64,000 nt of DNA, from contig CAVXTH010000004.1 of assembly GCA_963764625.1 (NCBI GenBank), positions 12,895 to 76,894 of the forward strand, read 5' to 3'. Both the position numbers and the translations under genes were made by a program. How positions within the stretch are numbered: position 1 is the stretch's first letter; each line of letters begins with the position of its first letter. Shown one piece after another: positions 9,397 through 19,716 of the stretch. Below the pieces are notes generated by a model. That model ran no database searches, was not told the origin of the DNA, and was given only the letters and a program-made list of their open reading frames with translations. This DNA comes from Candidatus Krumholzibacteriota bacterium. Lineage in GTDB: Bacteria; Krumholzibacteriota; Krumholzibacteriia; JAJRXK01.

Positions 9397-10034
9397 TGTA
9401 GGATAGTCAGACTCTCCGAGACACATCAGCTGTTAGATCAACGCACACTGAAAGAGGTCTCGATATGAATCAGGAGGTGCTGGATGTCCTGCGAGCTCGG
9501 CGTCGGCGAACGATTCTCGAGTTAGCCGAGACCGTAGGGAACACAGTTGAGGGGTGGGAAGGGCTGCTTCGCAAGAGGCCCGTGGCGCGCAGTCACCCAA
9601 GGCAGATTTTTCCGGAGTTTGTGGAGAAGATCCTCCATTTGAGAGCCAACTACCACCTGGAACCCCAGAGAATCGCCTGGTATCTCGAGCGTTCCCATGG
9701 CTTCGTGACCTCCTGTTCGAGTGTCTATCGCACGCTCAAGCTTAAACGACTACTGACATGTGGAAGACAAGGCCATGCGGCATGTGTATATCAAGCCGCG
9801 GTCGCCACAGTTGAATGGCAGGGTTGAGAGGTCACATCGGACCGACCAGGAGGAGTTCTACCAGCTCTTGACGTACACGGATGATGTGGATCTGAACGCA
9901 AAGCTGAGGGAGTGGGAGAGGTTTTACAACCTCAGCCGGCCGTATGGAGCGCACAACGGAAAGACGCCTTACGAAGCTCTGAAACGTCTGCTAGAATAAC
10001 TGCCAATCTGTCCCGAAGGGTCCGGAACATCACA
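9397..10034 (+). mobile_element. IS481-family element remnant, internally deleted
   Basis: TGT...ACA ends with imperfect IR (inner 12/16); HTH fragment (QRIAWYLER...SSVYRTLK) joined to integrase C-terminus (HVYIKPRSPQLNGRVERSHRTD...YNLSRPYGAHNGKTP); central DDE part absent. Confidence 0.85.
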
Positions 10035-10063
10035 CTTCCTGAACTCCCAGATTCGAGTCAAAT

Positions 10064-11062
10064 ATGTTCCGAAAATCACTGCAGCTTTTCGTGCTGACGG
10101 CCGCCGCACTCACGCTGTGGATCCAACCAGCCTTCTCAACAGAACTCGATCGCACCGATACGGGTCCCCTGCCCGGGGATGAGGCGCCAACGATCCACGC
10201 CTCGCAGTGGCTTCGCGGTGATCCCGTCGAGCACTACCTCCCGGGCCATATCTACATCGTGGATCTGTGGGCCACCTGGTGTGGTCCCTGCCTTGTGGCC
10301 ATGCCACTCTTCAGAGAGATTCAAGATCGCCATCCCGAAGAGCTCACCGTCATCGCCATGAACGTGTGGGAGATGCAGCCCAAGCGCGTTCCCGAACTCG
10401 TCGAGGCTCGCGCGGATTCCATGCCCTCGACCGTGGCCATGGACAGCATTCCCCCGGGAAAGGAATTCAACGAAGGGCTGACTGCAGTCGCGTTCCTCGG
10501 TACCGCCGACCTGGTGTCCATTCCCCGCACCTACTTGATCGACAAAAAGGGCCGCATCGCCTGGATCGGCACCCCGAACGAACTTCAAGATCCGCTCACC
10601 CAGGTCCTGACCGGCACCTGGGATCTCGAGCCCCACGCCACGAACTATGCGGGGAAACTGAAGGTGGAGCTCAGGTTTCGAAAGCTCTCCAAACCGGTGG
10701 AAGCCGCCATTACCGAAAAGCGCTGGCAAGCTGCCCTCGACGCGAGCGAGGCCGTCGTGGCCGCGGACTCTTCCTTCGGTCCTCGGATCGCCCATTCCGG
10801 ATTCATCTTTCTCGCCATGTCCGTTCTGAAGCAGGACGCGCCCGGCACGGAAGCACTCTCGATAGCCGACCGAGCTCTGAAACGATCCATGAAGCTCGAC
10901 CCCAAACCAGACTGGCGAACCTTCCTCATGGGCGCCAAGCTCGCCAAGGCCTTGGGCAAGCTCGAGGAAGCAGAGAGTCTCTTGGCGAAAGCCCGGCTCC
11001 ACGCGCCTCCTGAAAGCAAGCAACAAGTCCCCTCAACCGTAAAGGAGCTTTCGCTGAAATGA
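10064..11062 (+). CDS. TlpA/redoxin-family thioredoxin-fold protein with helical C-terminus
   Basis: DLWATWCGPC; SIPRTYLID..G.IAWIG; signal peptide. Confidence 0.88.
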   Translation: MFRKSLQLFVLTAAALTLWIQPAFSTELDRTDTGPLPGDEAPTIHASQWLRGDPVEHYLPGHIYIVDLWATWCGPCLVAMPLFREIQDRHPEELTVIAMNVWEMQPKRVPELVEARADSMPSTVAMDSIPPGKEFNEGLTAVAFLGTADLVSIPRTYLIDKKGRIAWIGTPNELQDPLTQVLTGTWDLEPHATNYAGKLKVELRFRKLSKPVEAAITEKRWQAALDASEAVVAADSSFGPRIAHSGFIFLAMSVLKQDAPGTEALSIADRALKRSMKLDPKPDWRTFLMGAKLAKALGKLEEAESLLAKARLHAPPESKQQVPSTVKELSLK

Positions 11063-11526
11063 ACGAACCCGAATACGCCTGGGCCGGCGCCCGTACACTC
11101 GTCGCCATGCACGCACACCATCTCGAGGAGTTCCTCGAGGTCTGGCGACGCGCGGACGCGTCTGATCTCGCCTTACCGGAAACCGACGATAAATCCTACG
11201 CCTCCCGCGAAGCACTGCTCGTTCACGTCATGCGGTGCGCGGCTAGTTACCTGAGCTGGATCTGCAACAACCTCGAACTTCCCCGCCCGAAGCTGGATGC
11301 GACGCCCAAAGTTGGAGGTTTCACAGAGCGCGTGGACGACTACATGCGGACGCTGCTCGAGGCGTGGGATTCCTCACTGCGGACGGTACGCTTCGAGCAG
11401 AGTGACCATCCGACCTTCGTCTCTCGTTGGGGCGTTCCCTACAGCATCGATGCGATGCTCGAACACGCGGTCATGCACCCCATGCGCCACTCCTTTCAAC
11501 TCCAGGCCCTGATGGACCAGGCTTGA
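11059..11526 (+). CDS. DinB-like protein
   Basis: LLVHV..., MLEHAVMHPMRHSFQL His pattern; ATGA overlap. Confidence 0.75.
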   Translation: MNEPEYAWAGARTLVAMHAHHLEEFLEVWRRADASDLALPETDDKSYASREALLVHVMRCAASYLSWICNNLELPRPKLDATPKVGGFTERVDDYMRTLLEAWDSSLRTVRFEQSDHPTFVSRWGVPYSIDAMLEHAVMHPMRHSFQLQALMDQA

Positions 11527-11549
11527 TCGGAGACCCGACCCGAAGGGAA

Positions 11550-11630
11550 TGAAGGCACTCACTGGCGCCAAGCTCGGCGCCTTCTTCGACCCCATCCGCG
11601 ACAAGCCTCGCTTCCGGGAGATCCTGACCG
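11550..11630 (+). pseudogene. Relic of a kinase-TPR protein C-terminal tail
   Basis: AKLGAFFDPIRDKPRFREIL resembles the FTSVRSDPRWLPFL tail of the gene at 30389-31385. Confidence 0.35.
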
Positions 11631-11648
11631 AGAGAGCGGTCTTTCGTC

Positions 11649-12887
11649 TCAGGGCAAGGCCACGGAGTGGTCGCGGCTGAATTGATAGTCACGGAAGACG
11701 TGTTCGGCGCTCAGAATTCGATAGCTTCCGTCCGGCTGGCGCGTCGTGGTGTCCTTGAGACGATACACGTAATGTCCGCAGGTAAAGCAGTTGTTCCGGC
11801 TGAAGTGGTAGCAGAGACAGACCTTCTCGTGCACGGGCCCATGGCGTCCACTCGCATCCGGGGCCGTCTTCCGATACTCGTCGAGATACGAGCAGTGGCC
11901 TTCTCCGTCGAGTAAGTACCCGAACCCTTCGCACATGGGTTTCACGTTCGAATCCAGGCAGGGACTGTTCCGCAGCATGCGGATGAGATATCCGGTGGGT
12001 GAAGTCGTCGAGACGACGACATCTTCCTCGGAGGCGCTAAAATAGCGTTGTTGCACCTCGGGTCCGAGTCCGCACTCTTTCGTCACGGTGAAGCGGGTGG
12101 CGACCTGCACTGCTCCCGCACCCGCCTCAAGGGCCTCGACAGCATCGGTGCCCGTGAAGATCCCTCCGGCGGGAATCACGGGAATGGAAAGTCCCTGCTT
12201 CTTCAGGAAATCCAGGACCTCGGCGGTGATCACCTTCAGAGAGAACCGTTTCCAATCGGCGCCGAATCCCAGATGCCCTCCGGCGAGCGGACCCTCCACC
12301 ACGACGTAGTCCGGTAGACGGGACAGTTGCTTGGCGCGCCGCAGGAAAATTTGCAGCGCGCGCGTGCTCGACACCACGATACCGAGCAGGGCGTCGTGAA
12401 AGCGCGGATGGTCGGCGATGTGTTGCAGACTGCTCGTGTGCAAACCGGCGGAGAGTGTGATGCCGTCGATCCCGCCGTCGAGCGCCGCGCGGAGTCGTGC
12501 GCGCAGGGTCCCCGCGGGGTCAGCCATGGTGAGCTTCTCCATCACGTTGATGAAGATCGCCCCCGTGCCCGTCTTCTTTTCCATGGTGCTGCGCACGTGA
12601 TTCAGCTGCGCCTGCCGGATCGACTGGAGATCGAAGTGGATGCCGGACTTGTCACTGCGAGCGCGCCAAGCCCGATGCAGAGCACGCTTGCCCTGGGTGA
12701 AGCGGGTCTTGAAATTCCGGTCCGAGACGAAGGCGATCATGGCGTCGGAGATGTGTCCGACTCCTCCGAGCCGACTGGCCTCTTGCGCAAGACCCTCGGT
12801 GGAGATGTCCACTCCCATGCCGCCGATGACGATCGGCACGAGTTCGAAGCTCCCCAGTCGCAAACGAAAATCATCGACGATGGGCAC
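11649..12887 (-). CDS. Nitronate monooxygenase/FabK-like flavoenzyme with Cys-rich C-terminus
   Basis: PIVIGGMGVDIS, ITLSAGL, VVEGPLAGGHLG, PVIPAGGI, AVQVATRF motifs. Confidence 0.9.
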   Translation of the reverse strand: MPIVDDFRLRLGSFELVPIVIGGMGVDISTEGLAQEASRLGGVGHISDAMIAFVSDRNFKTRFTQGKRALHRAWRARSDKSGIHFDLQSIRQAQLNHVRSTMEKKTGTGAIFINVMEKLTMADPAGTLRARLRAALDGGIDGITLSAGLHTSSLQHIADHPRFHDALLGIVVSSTRALQIFLRRAKQLSRLPDYVVVEGPLAGGHLGFGADWKRFSLKVITAEVLDFLKKQGLSIPVIPAGGIFTGTDAVEALEAGAGAVQVATRFTVTKECGLGPEVQQRYFSASEEDVVVSTTSPTGYLIRMLRNSPCLDSNVKPMCEGFGYLLDGEGHCSYLDEYRKTAPDASGRHGPVHEKVCLCYHFSRNNCFTCGHYVYRLKDTTTRQPDGSYRILSAEHVFRDYQFSRDHSVALP

Positions 12888-13073
12888 AGCTTACTCCTCA
12901 GTGTCTCCGCTCACGCGAAGACTAACTCGATGTAGAGAGAATCGCTAGCGGATGGGACGCGGCGGACAGGTCTTTGTCAATGACAGATCCACCGGACCGA
13001 TCGGGGCGATCTCGGGGCCTTTCGTGGGTTCCACTTCGCCAGCCTCTTCGTCAGTCTAGTCACGTGCACAACC

Positions 13074-13179
13074 CATGCCTACCACATATTCCATTCGGGC
13101 TCAAATTCACGCCTGAGCGGCCTTTCGGTAGTATCGGTGGTGCAGCCCGGCAACGTGGATCTAATGAATGGTAGGGACA
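13074..13179 (-). mobile_element. MITE-like element, copy C
   Basis: Minus strand: CTGTCCCTACCATTCATTAGATCC end, interior AGLHHRYYRKAA, degenerate far end. Confidence 0.7.
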
Positions 13180-13197
13180 GCTGAGGCATATGCTAAA

Positions 13198-14652
13198 ATG
13201 ACCGCAATTTTGTCCCATGGGGTCCGGGATATCACAGTCTTCAAGTATTTCGGTCAACTGTGCCTCGCGCTCGGCGCACTGACGCTGGTGCCGTTCGCAA
13301 TGTCGCTGATCTTCGGCGAGTGGCACATCGCCCTGAGATATACCGTTGTGGTTTGTGGGCTAATCGGCTTGGGCTTGGGGACGGTCCGGCTGCGGGCTCC
13401 TTTCCGTGTGCAGGCCAATGAGGGCCTGGTGTTGGTCGCGCTGGTGTTTTTCTTCACTCCGCTGGTGTTGTCCTACCCGATGATGGGTGCGGGGTTGAAG
13501 TTTCTGGATGCCTTCTTCGAAGCTGTTTCCGCCGTGACGACCACGGGGTTGAGCACTAAGGCGACGCTCGTTGGCGCGCCGTCGACGTTTCTTTTTGCCC
13601 GCGCCTGGATGCAGTGGTACGGAGGGCTGGGCATCGTCGTCCTCTCGCTGGCGCTCGTAATGCAACCGGGGCTGGTGGCGAAAGGCCTGACTGCCTCAGA
13701 GATCGAAACCGGGGATTAGGGCGGTAGCGCGCGGGCACACGCGCAGCGAGTCCTGAAAGTCTATGGCGTTATCACCGCTCTGGGCATCATTGGCTCCCTA
13801 ATGCTGGGAGTCGGCCTTTTCGACGCGGTATTGTACACATTCACGGCGGTATCGACCGCAGGTTTTGCACCCCATGACAATAGCCTTGCAGCCTTAGGCT
13901 TGCTCCAACAGTGGTGGATTACGCTGCTTTGCCTCGCCGGTGCGATCCCACTGGCGTTCTATCACCGAATGTTAAAGGAGAGACGGCGCGTTGCAGTGGA
14001 CTTTCTTCAACTCCAGGCCGTGGTAATCGCTTGCCTGGTCGTTTCGCTAGCGGTGGGCGCTTCCATGCGGCTGAGTGCCGGCATGACTTGGCCACAAGTA
14101 CTCCATCACGCCCCCTTGCTGTCTCTCTCGGCGCAGACAACTACGGGTTTTGCCTCGACGCCGTGTGCGCAACTCGATGCGGGTTCCAAGCTGGTTCTGA
14201 TCGTCTCGATGCTCGTGGGAGGCGGAGTGGGATCGACCGCAGGCGGATTTAAGCTGCTGCGGCTGTTGATTGCAGTGAGCGTGTTTCGATGGATAATCCT
14301 GCGGACCTGCTTGCCGAAGCACGTTGTCACCGAACCTCGGCTGGCAGGCCGCCGACTGCAGAACGAAGAGATCTACGCGACCCTGCTGCTCATCGTACTG
14401 TTTGTCGTCGTCGTCACGCTGTCCTGGCTGCCCTTTGTGGCAATGGGATACGGCCCGCTCGACTCGTTGTTCGAAGTGGTTTCGGCGGTGGCAACGGCGG
14501 GGCTTTCGGTCGGGCTGTCGAGTGAAACATTACCCGCGCTGCTCAAGGGAGTTCTATGCGCTGACATGCTGATGGGAAGACTCGAAATCATCGCATGGTT
14601 AGTGCTGCTGTATCCAGGAACGTGGTTTGGCAGGAGAATGGAGGGAACATGA
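13198..14652 (+). CDS. trkH: TrkH potassium uptake membrane protein (in-frame TAG at 13717-13719)
   Basis: FEAVSAVTTTGLS, QWYGGLG, STAGF, GSTAGGFK, MGRLE motifs; the two ORF halves are in the same frame. Confidence 0.88.
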
Positions 14653-15335
14653 GAGTTGTTCTTATCGGAGCCGGAAGAGTGAGCGTCGAAACGGCCAAGG
14701 CGCTCATTAAAAAGGGCCATGAGGTCATCATCATCGAAACCGTCAAGGCCAAGATCGATGAATTATCCGAAGAGATGGATTGCAGCTTTCTGCTGGGCGA
14801 TGGCAGTCATCCTAGCCTCCTGTGCGAAGTCAATCCCGCGCAGACCGATTTCCTGTTTTGCTTGGCGGACAGCGACCAGGATAACATCATCGCCAGTCTC
14901 GTCGGCCGTTCCCTCGGTTTCAAGCGTATCGTGACGAGCATAGGCGATCCGCAGTTCGAGGATATCTGCCATGTGTTGGAGCTGGAGGACACGATCATCC
15001 GCTCTCGCACCATCAGCCGCTACCTCGAAGACATGGTGGGCGGCAGCAAAGACACCGAAATTTCTGCGGTCATCAAAGACGAGGCCCGGTTTTTCACTTT
15101 AATTGCAAAAGAGGAAGATACGGTCGCGGCAAAGGATCTGAAATTGCCTACCGATGCCAAGGTCATCTGCTATTACCGCGATGGCGAGTTTTCACATGCT
15201 GATAAAGAAACGAAATTCCGCATAGGCGACGAGGTTGTGATTCTCACACACAGCAAAAATATACCCGCGTTGCAGGAGCGTTGGCAGCCGAAGACCGCGC
15301 AGGAGGAGCCGGCGGATGCGGGCTCGCCGGGTTGA
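14649..15335 (+). CDS. trkA: TrkA potassium uptake NAD-binding subunit
   Basis: MRVVLIGAGRV Rossmann motif, GDGS, DQDNI; ATGA overlap with trkH. Confidence 0.9.
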   Translation: MRVVLIGAGRVSVETAKALIKKGHEVIIIETVKAKIDELSEEMDCSFLLGDGSHPSLLCEVNPAQTDFLFCLADSDQDNIIASLVGRSLGFKRIVTSIGDPQFEDICHVLELEDTIIRSRTISRYLEDMVGGSKDTEISAVIKDEARFFTLIAKEEDTVAAKDLKLPTDAKVICYYRDGEFSHADKETKFRIGDEVVILTHSKNIPALQERWQPKTAQEEPADAGSPG

Positions 15336-15471
15336 TTGCAACTGTCGACAACGACGACGCACAATCATTCTGAGGTCTCCTCCATCATTCTGAGTTATCC
15401 AGGGGTTGCTACCTGCAGCCCCACCCAGTCTAAAGCCTTACGTTACAATCGATTACTTGTAGCCACACCGG

Positions 15472-15485
15472 GGCATTCCGCTTGC
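15472..15485 (+). promoter_or_regulatory. Possible sigma-54 -24/-12 promoter
   Basis: GGCATTCCGCTTGC (GG-N10-GC), about 60 nt before the PRC-barrel gene. Confidence 0.4.
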
Positions 15486-15543
15486 CTATCCCTCTAGCAG
15501 GTCTGGGATCGTTCGAAACTCGAAAAAAAGGAATACACCCACC

Positions 15544-15906
15544 ATGGTAACCACAAGGAAGCCGCAGGAGAAGTTCGGCGTTGTTTCTGCGACGACGATC
15601 AAGGGCGAGTCGGTCATCAATCACGAAAAAGAGAAGTTGGGCAAGATCGATGAGCTGATGATCGACGCAAATACGGGGCATCTGGCTTATGCGGTGCTCT
15701 CCTTCAGCGGTAATCACTACGCCGTACCCTGGAGCGCGTTCGAGTTCGCCAACACCGAGAAAGTACTCATCCTCGATGTGGACAAGGAGAAGCTCAAGGC
15801 CGCTCCCGGGTTCGACAAGAGTGAAACCTGGCCGGATTTTGCGGACCGAACCTGGGGTGGCAAAATCCACAAATACTACGGTTCCGCACCGTACTGGGGA
15901 GAGTAG
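15544..15906 (+). CDS. PRC-barrel domain protein
   Basis: SATTIKGESVIN...LGKIDELMID..G.LAYAVLSF...VPWSAF...LK.APGFD..WPD. Confidence 0.92.
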   Translation: MVTTRKPQEKFGVVSATTIKGESVINHEKEKLGKIDELMIDANTGHLAYAVLSFSGNHYAVPWSAFEFANTEKVLILDVDKEKLKAAPGFDKSETWPDFADRTWGGKIHKYYGSAPYWGE

Positions 15907-15972
15907 AGACGGATTCGATGCTCGTTGATTCCGACGACGTCGACTGGTTGGGCATTTACAAGGAGGCACCCC

Positions 15973-16047
15973 ATGGGTGAGCACATGGACAAGACCAAGG
16001 GCAAGGCCAAGAAGGCGAAGAAGTCGATTAAGGCTGCCGGCAAGTAA
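15973..16047 (+). pseudogene. CsbD-like stress protein, internally deleted
   Basis: AGGAGG RBS; MGEHMDKTKGKAK...KSIKAAGK* appears to keep only the CsbD-like termini. Confidence 0.5.
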
Positions 16048-16264
16048 CGCGATTCGACCGCGAGAAAGCAGGAACCCCATGAGTACGGGAACCCTCATCA
16101 TCGTGGTTGTCCGGTTCTATTCGCCGGCGCATCTTCTCGCAGCTCTATGGACAGGCCGCGCAGCCGAACATCAGTGATCTCTCACGCGACCCCGCCAGAG
16201 ATACGAGCGCCCGACCGTGTTGGCCGGGCGCTCTGTCAACCTCGCAGCGGAGTTTCGCTGAGAG

Positions 16265-17731
16265 TTACAGGAGGGAATCTCCGAGAGCTCTTTTGGCGAT
16301 GCCCTCGAGCATCCCTTTGAAGACGAGGCCATGGACCGGGTACAGAGCGTACCAATAGAGCAGACCGAAAAGGCCATGTGGGTCATAGACCGCGATCTGA
16401 TGAATGACCGAGCCCCTCGTCGTCGGCTCGATCTTGAATTCGAGCCAGGCTTGCCCTGGAACTCTCATCTCGGCGCGGAGCCGCAACAATCGGTTGGGTT
16501 CGACGAGTTCGACGCGCCAGAAATCGACAGCGTCACCGACGTGAAGGGCCTCCGGATCGCGGCGACCGCGACGCAGGCCGACACCACCGACCAACAGATC
16601 GAGCCAACCTCGCAGCTTCCAGAGCCACGAATAGGCGTACCAACCCTGCTCACCGCCGATGCGACGGATGGGTGCGAACGCAGCGGCTGGGGATGCATCG
16701 ACCTGCCTCGAGCGAGCGTCCAGCATCCGGTTTCCGAAGCGCATGCCGGCATGACTCTTGAGTGGGCCGGCCGAGGACACGGCATCAAACCAGCTGGTCT
16801 CGGCGTAACGCCGATCCTCATGCCGAAGCGCCAAGGCGATCGCCGCCGTCAGACCTCGCGGCCGCACGCTGAAGACTTCGGATGCCGAATCATCCATGAC
16901 GACGGTGGGATGTTCGATGCTCTGGATGAGTTTCCGGCCGATCCGCGCGTAAAGTGGGGTTACCAGGCCCAGCCAAAGACTGGATAGGCGCGGCGTGAGA
17001 ACAGGTACGGGAACCATGAGACGTCGCAGCCCGCGTTGACGTGCATATTCGCGCATCAGATCCCCGTAGGACGCGCGGTCGGCACCTCCAATCTCGACCA
17101 CCCTGCTCTCGGCCGGCAACTCCAGGGACTCGACGAGATAATCGAGGAGGTCGTCAATGGCGATGGGCTGAGCTTTCACGTCGACCCATTTGGGCGTCAC
17201 CATGGCCGGGAGGCGCTCCACGAGAGAGCGGATCATCTCAAAAGAGAGACTGCCCGAACCAAGGACGATCGAGGCCCGCAGCTCGATCGTGGGAACACCA
17301 GAGGCCCGCAGGATTCGGCCCACTTCATGTCGGCTGCGCAGGTGTGGAGAGAGCTCGTCGTTTTCGTCGGCGAGTCCGCCCAGATACACGATACGACGCA
17401 CGCTTGCCTGGCGAGCCGCCGCTGCGAAGTTCTCCGCTCCGAGCCGATCGAGTTCTTCGAACCCCTCGTCGGATCCCATGGCATGCACCATGTAGAAGGC
17501 ATCGCCGACTCCGGACAGAGCTTTGTCGAGTGAATCGGCATCGAGGACATCGCCGCGCACGACCTCGGTACCCGGCGCCACGCGACTCTCGAGTCGCTCC
17601 GGCGCACGCGCCAAACAGCGGACCAAAAGACCGAGGGACTCGAGTCGACGCAGAAGGCGCCCCCCGACATATCCGGTGGCACCCGTCAACAGGATGGGCC
17701 TGGTTCCTTTGCTGTCGTCGGAAACGATCAT
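16265..17731 (-). CDS. NAD(P)-binding SDR/epimerase with DUF2867 C-terminus (YbjT-like)
   Basis: LLTGATGYVGG; SPHLRSRHEV; GSGSLSFE; LRAEMRVPG.AWLEF; LYWYALYPVH. Confidence 0.92.
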   Translation of the reverse strand: MIVSDDSKGTRPILLTGATGYVGGRLLRRLESLGLLVRCLARAPERLESRVAPGTEVVRGDVLDADSLDKALSGVGDAFYMVHAMGSDEGFEELDRLGAENFAAAARQASVRRIVYLGGLADENDELSPHLRSRHEVGRILRASGVPTIELRASIVLGSGSLSFEMIRSLVERLPAMVTPKWVDVKAQPIAIDDLLDYLVESLELPAESRVVEIGGADRASYGDLMREYARQRGLRRLMVPVPVLTPRLSSLWLGLVTPLYARIGRKLIQSIEHPTVVMDDSASEVFSVRPRGLTAAIALALRHEDRRYAETSWFDAVSSAGPLKSHAGMRFGNRMLDARSRQVDASPAAAFAPIRRIGGEQGWYAYSWLWKLRGWLDLLVGGVGLRRGRRDPEALHVGDAVDFWRVELVEPNRLLRLRAEMRVPGQAWLEFKIEPTTRGSVIHQIAVYDPHGLFGLLYWYALYPVHGLVFKGMLEGIAKRALGDSLL

Positions 17732-17768
17732 GAAACCAGGCTAGACCAGGTCCGAGTCGAGGGCAAGC

Positions 17769-17854
17769 TGGGCCCACCGCCACACCGAATCCACGGCTAC
17801 CCGGCCTCTCGATAGTAGCGGTGGTGAAACCGCGGGGCCGCAATGGCGCGCGAA
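17769..17854 (-). mobile_element. MITE-like element, copy E (degenerate)
   Basis: Minus strand GFHHRYYREAG*; shares blocks ATCCACGGCTACCC, CGATAGTAGCGGTGGTG and AATGGCGCGCGAA with copy F. Confidence 0.65.
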
Positions 17855-17897
17855 GTGAACAGATTCGGCGCTGCCAGTGCTACTCCTTCCATTTCGC

Positions 17898-19553
17898 TCA
17901 GTGCATGTCGATGCGGGCGATCACGTAGGCATGGTCCGTCGCCTTGTCGCCAAGCTGGCCCGGCTTGACACCGATCAGCTCGTTTCCGTGCAAGATTTCG
18001 TATTCCATGCCGCGCTCTTCGGCGTGTAGCTTCGAGACAATGCCGTGCATGAGGGCCTCTGACTTGCCACGGTGGTTGTAGTCGTAGCGCTCCTCGCGCC
18101 GCACGCGGTCGACGAGGTTGATGCTCTCGTCCCCAAGCATTGCGCGAAGCGTTTCGCTGAACTCGAAGTCATTGAAATCGCCAGTGACGTAGTAATTGAT
18201 ATCGCGTTTGGTGAGATTCAAGAGCGTGTCCCGCACGAGTAACGCCTGACGTATGCGGGTCTCCATACGTGCATCGAATCCGGGGCGCTCGGGCGCGAAG
18301 ATACCGCGCTGGTGACGCTTCGATGCCAGATGTACGTTGATCACCGCGAGCTCGCGATTCGTGCTCAGCATGCGAAACCGCACCATCAGCGGCTTACGAG
18401 AATCCTCGAACGCAGCATCATCAGCGCCGATGCGTTGCACCGATCCCGACGCGATCGCGACGCGCTCAGGATTGTACAGAAACGCGTTGCGAATATTACC
18501 GCCAGGCTGGCCGCCGTCGGCTCCCGGCTGCGGCAGAACGTCCACCCAACGATACGTGGGGCCGCCGACCCTCCCAATGGCACGAACTAGTTTCTTGTAG
18601 TTTTCGTCGGCGTCCACGACATCCGTGATCTCCGCGCCGTCGTTGTCCTGCATTTCTTGAAGCGCAACGATATCGGGCGCCGCCGCATCGCGCGCGATCG
18701 CTGCGGCAAGCATCACGTAGCGGCCATCGGCATCGTCGTCGTCGATGTCGCGGCGCGGATCCTGTACGAGGCTCGGATCTTCGACGCGTGAATCGAGGTT
18801 GAACCCGTTGAGAGTGAGAATTGTAGCCTGCGTTGAGGTGGGCCCCAGCGTCGTTGGCTCGAGTTTGATGCTCGCAGGTCGCACCCGAATGCGCCCCAAC
18901 GCCGCGATCTGATACGACGAGACCCGGTAGTTCAGCGGTCCCACGACCGGAGACAGAAGTTCGGCTCCCACGTTGACCTTCGGCGCTCTCGAGTAGTCGA
19001 CGATTCGAAAACTCGGATACCAACGTTCTGGATTGTCCGGATCGACCAGCACTCCGCCGTGTCGCGTGCGCGTTGCGTTGGTTCCAGCCGGCGCGACAAC
19101 GTAGTCTCCGAACGGGTTACTCGGGGCCACAAACGTTGCCCCAGCTTCGATTCCCACGAGCATCCCCTCGATGCTATTGAGGTATGCCGCAAGCGCGTCG
19201 TTGTCGAGCGCAATGCGCTCAGCGGTAAGCCACACTGGTTTCAAGCGCGGCCCCTCGTCTGCGAGGGTTCGCGTGTCGACCGCGTGGATTTGCGTGGTGG
19301 GGCGTTCCGCTTCTTCCAAAACGAAGTCCGTTACTTGGCCCTGGACTTCGACAAGCGCGCCAACCGGGGGTTTGCGGCGAGGACTGAACACAAAGACCGC
19401 ATGCGAACAACCCGCTTCGCCGCCATCTGGATTTTGCACAAAAAACCCTTTGTGCGTGGTACCGGTAACGACACCGCGCGCGCACACCTCGGTTCCCGCG
19501 AGCGGAGACCGTAGGCCCGAGCCCTGAATGGCGTGTATGGGAGTGCACTTCAC
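17898..19553 (-). CDS. Endonuclease/exonuclease/phosphatase family protein with N-terminal OB-fold (ExeM/YhcR-like)
   Basis: IHAIQG..SPL.G..V..GVVT..GFFVQ; PDIVALQEMQDNDG; GGQPGGNIR; GDFND; TDH. Confidence 0.9.
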   Translation of the reverse strand: MKCTPIHAIQGSGLRSPLAGTEVCARGVVTGTTHKGFFVQNPDGGEAGCSHAVFVFSPRRKPPVGALVEVQGQVTDFVLEEAERPTTQIHAVDTRTLADEGPRLKPVWLTAERIALDNDALAAYLNSIEGMLVGIEAGATFVAPSNPFGDYVVAPAGTNATRTRHGGVLVDPDNPERWYPSFRIVDYSRAPKVNVGAELLSPVVGPLNYRVSSYQIAALGRIRVRPASIKLEPTTLGPTSTQATILTLNGFNLDSRVEDPSLVQDPRRDIDDDDADGRYVMLAAAIARDAAAPDIVALQEMQDNDGAEITDVVDADENYKKLVRAIGRVGGPTYRWVDVLPQPGADGGQPGGNIRNAFLYNPERVAIASGSVQRIGADDAAFEDSRKPLMVRFRMLSTNRELAVINVHLASKRHQRGIFAPERPGFDARMETRIRQALLVRDTLLNLTKRDINYYVTGDFNDFEFSETLRAMLGDESINLVDRVRREERYDYNHRGKSEALMHGIVSKLHAEERGMEYEILHGNELIGVKPGQLGDKATDHAYVIARIDMH

Positions 19554-19592
19554 TGGATTAGCTCGCTCTTCCGAAGTGGGTTACGATTAGGC

Positions 19593-19716
19593 TGTGCCAA
19601 CCCCTTCTTCCATTTGTTGTCGTATCCACGGCTACCCGACGTCCCGATAGTAGCGGTGGTGCGGCGCGCCGACCATAGGATGTTTGCGGACCGGCGGGAT
19701 CGAAATGGCGCGCGAA
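19593..19716 (-). mobile_element. MITE-like element, copy F
   Basis: Minus strand FRSRRS...PMVGAPHHRYYRDVG* then GGTTGGCACAG end. Confidence 0.65.
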
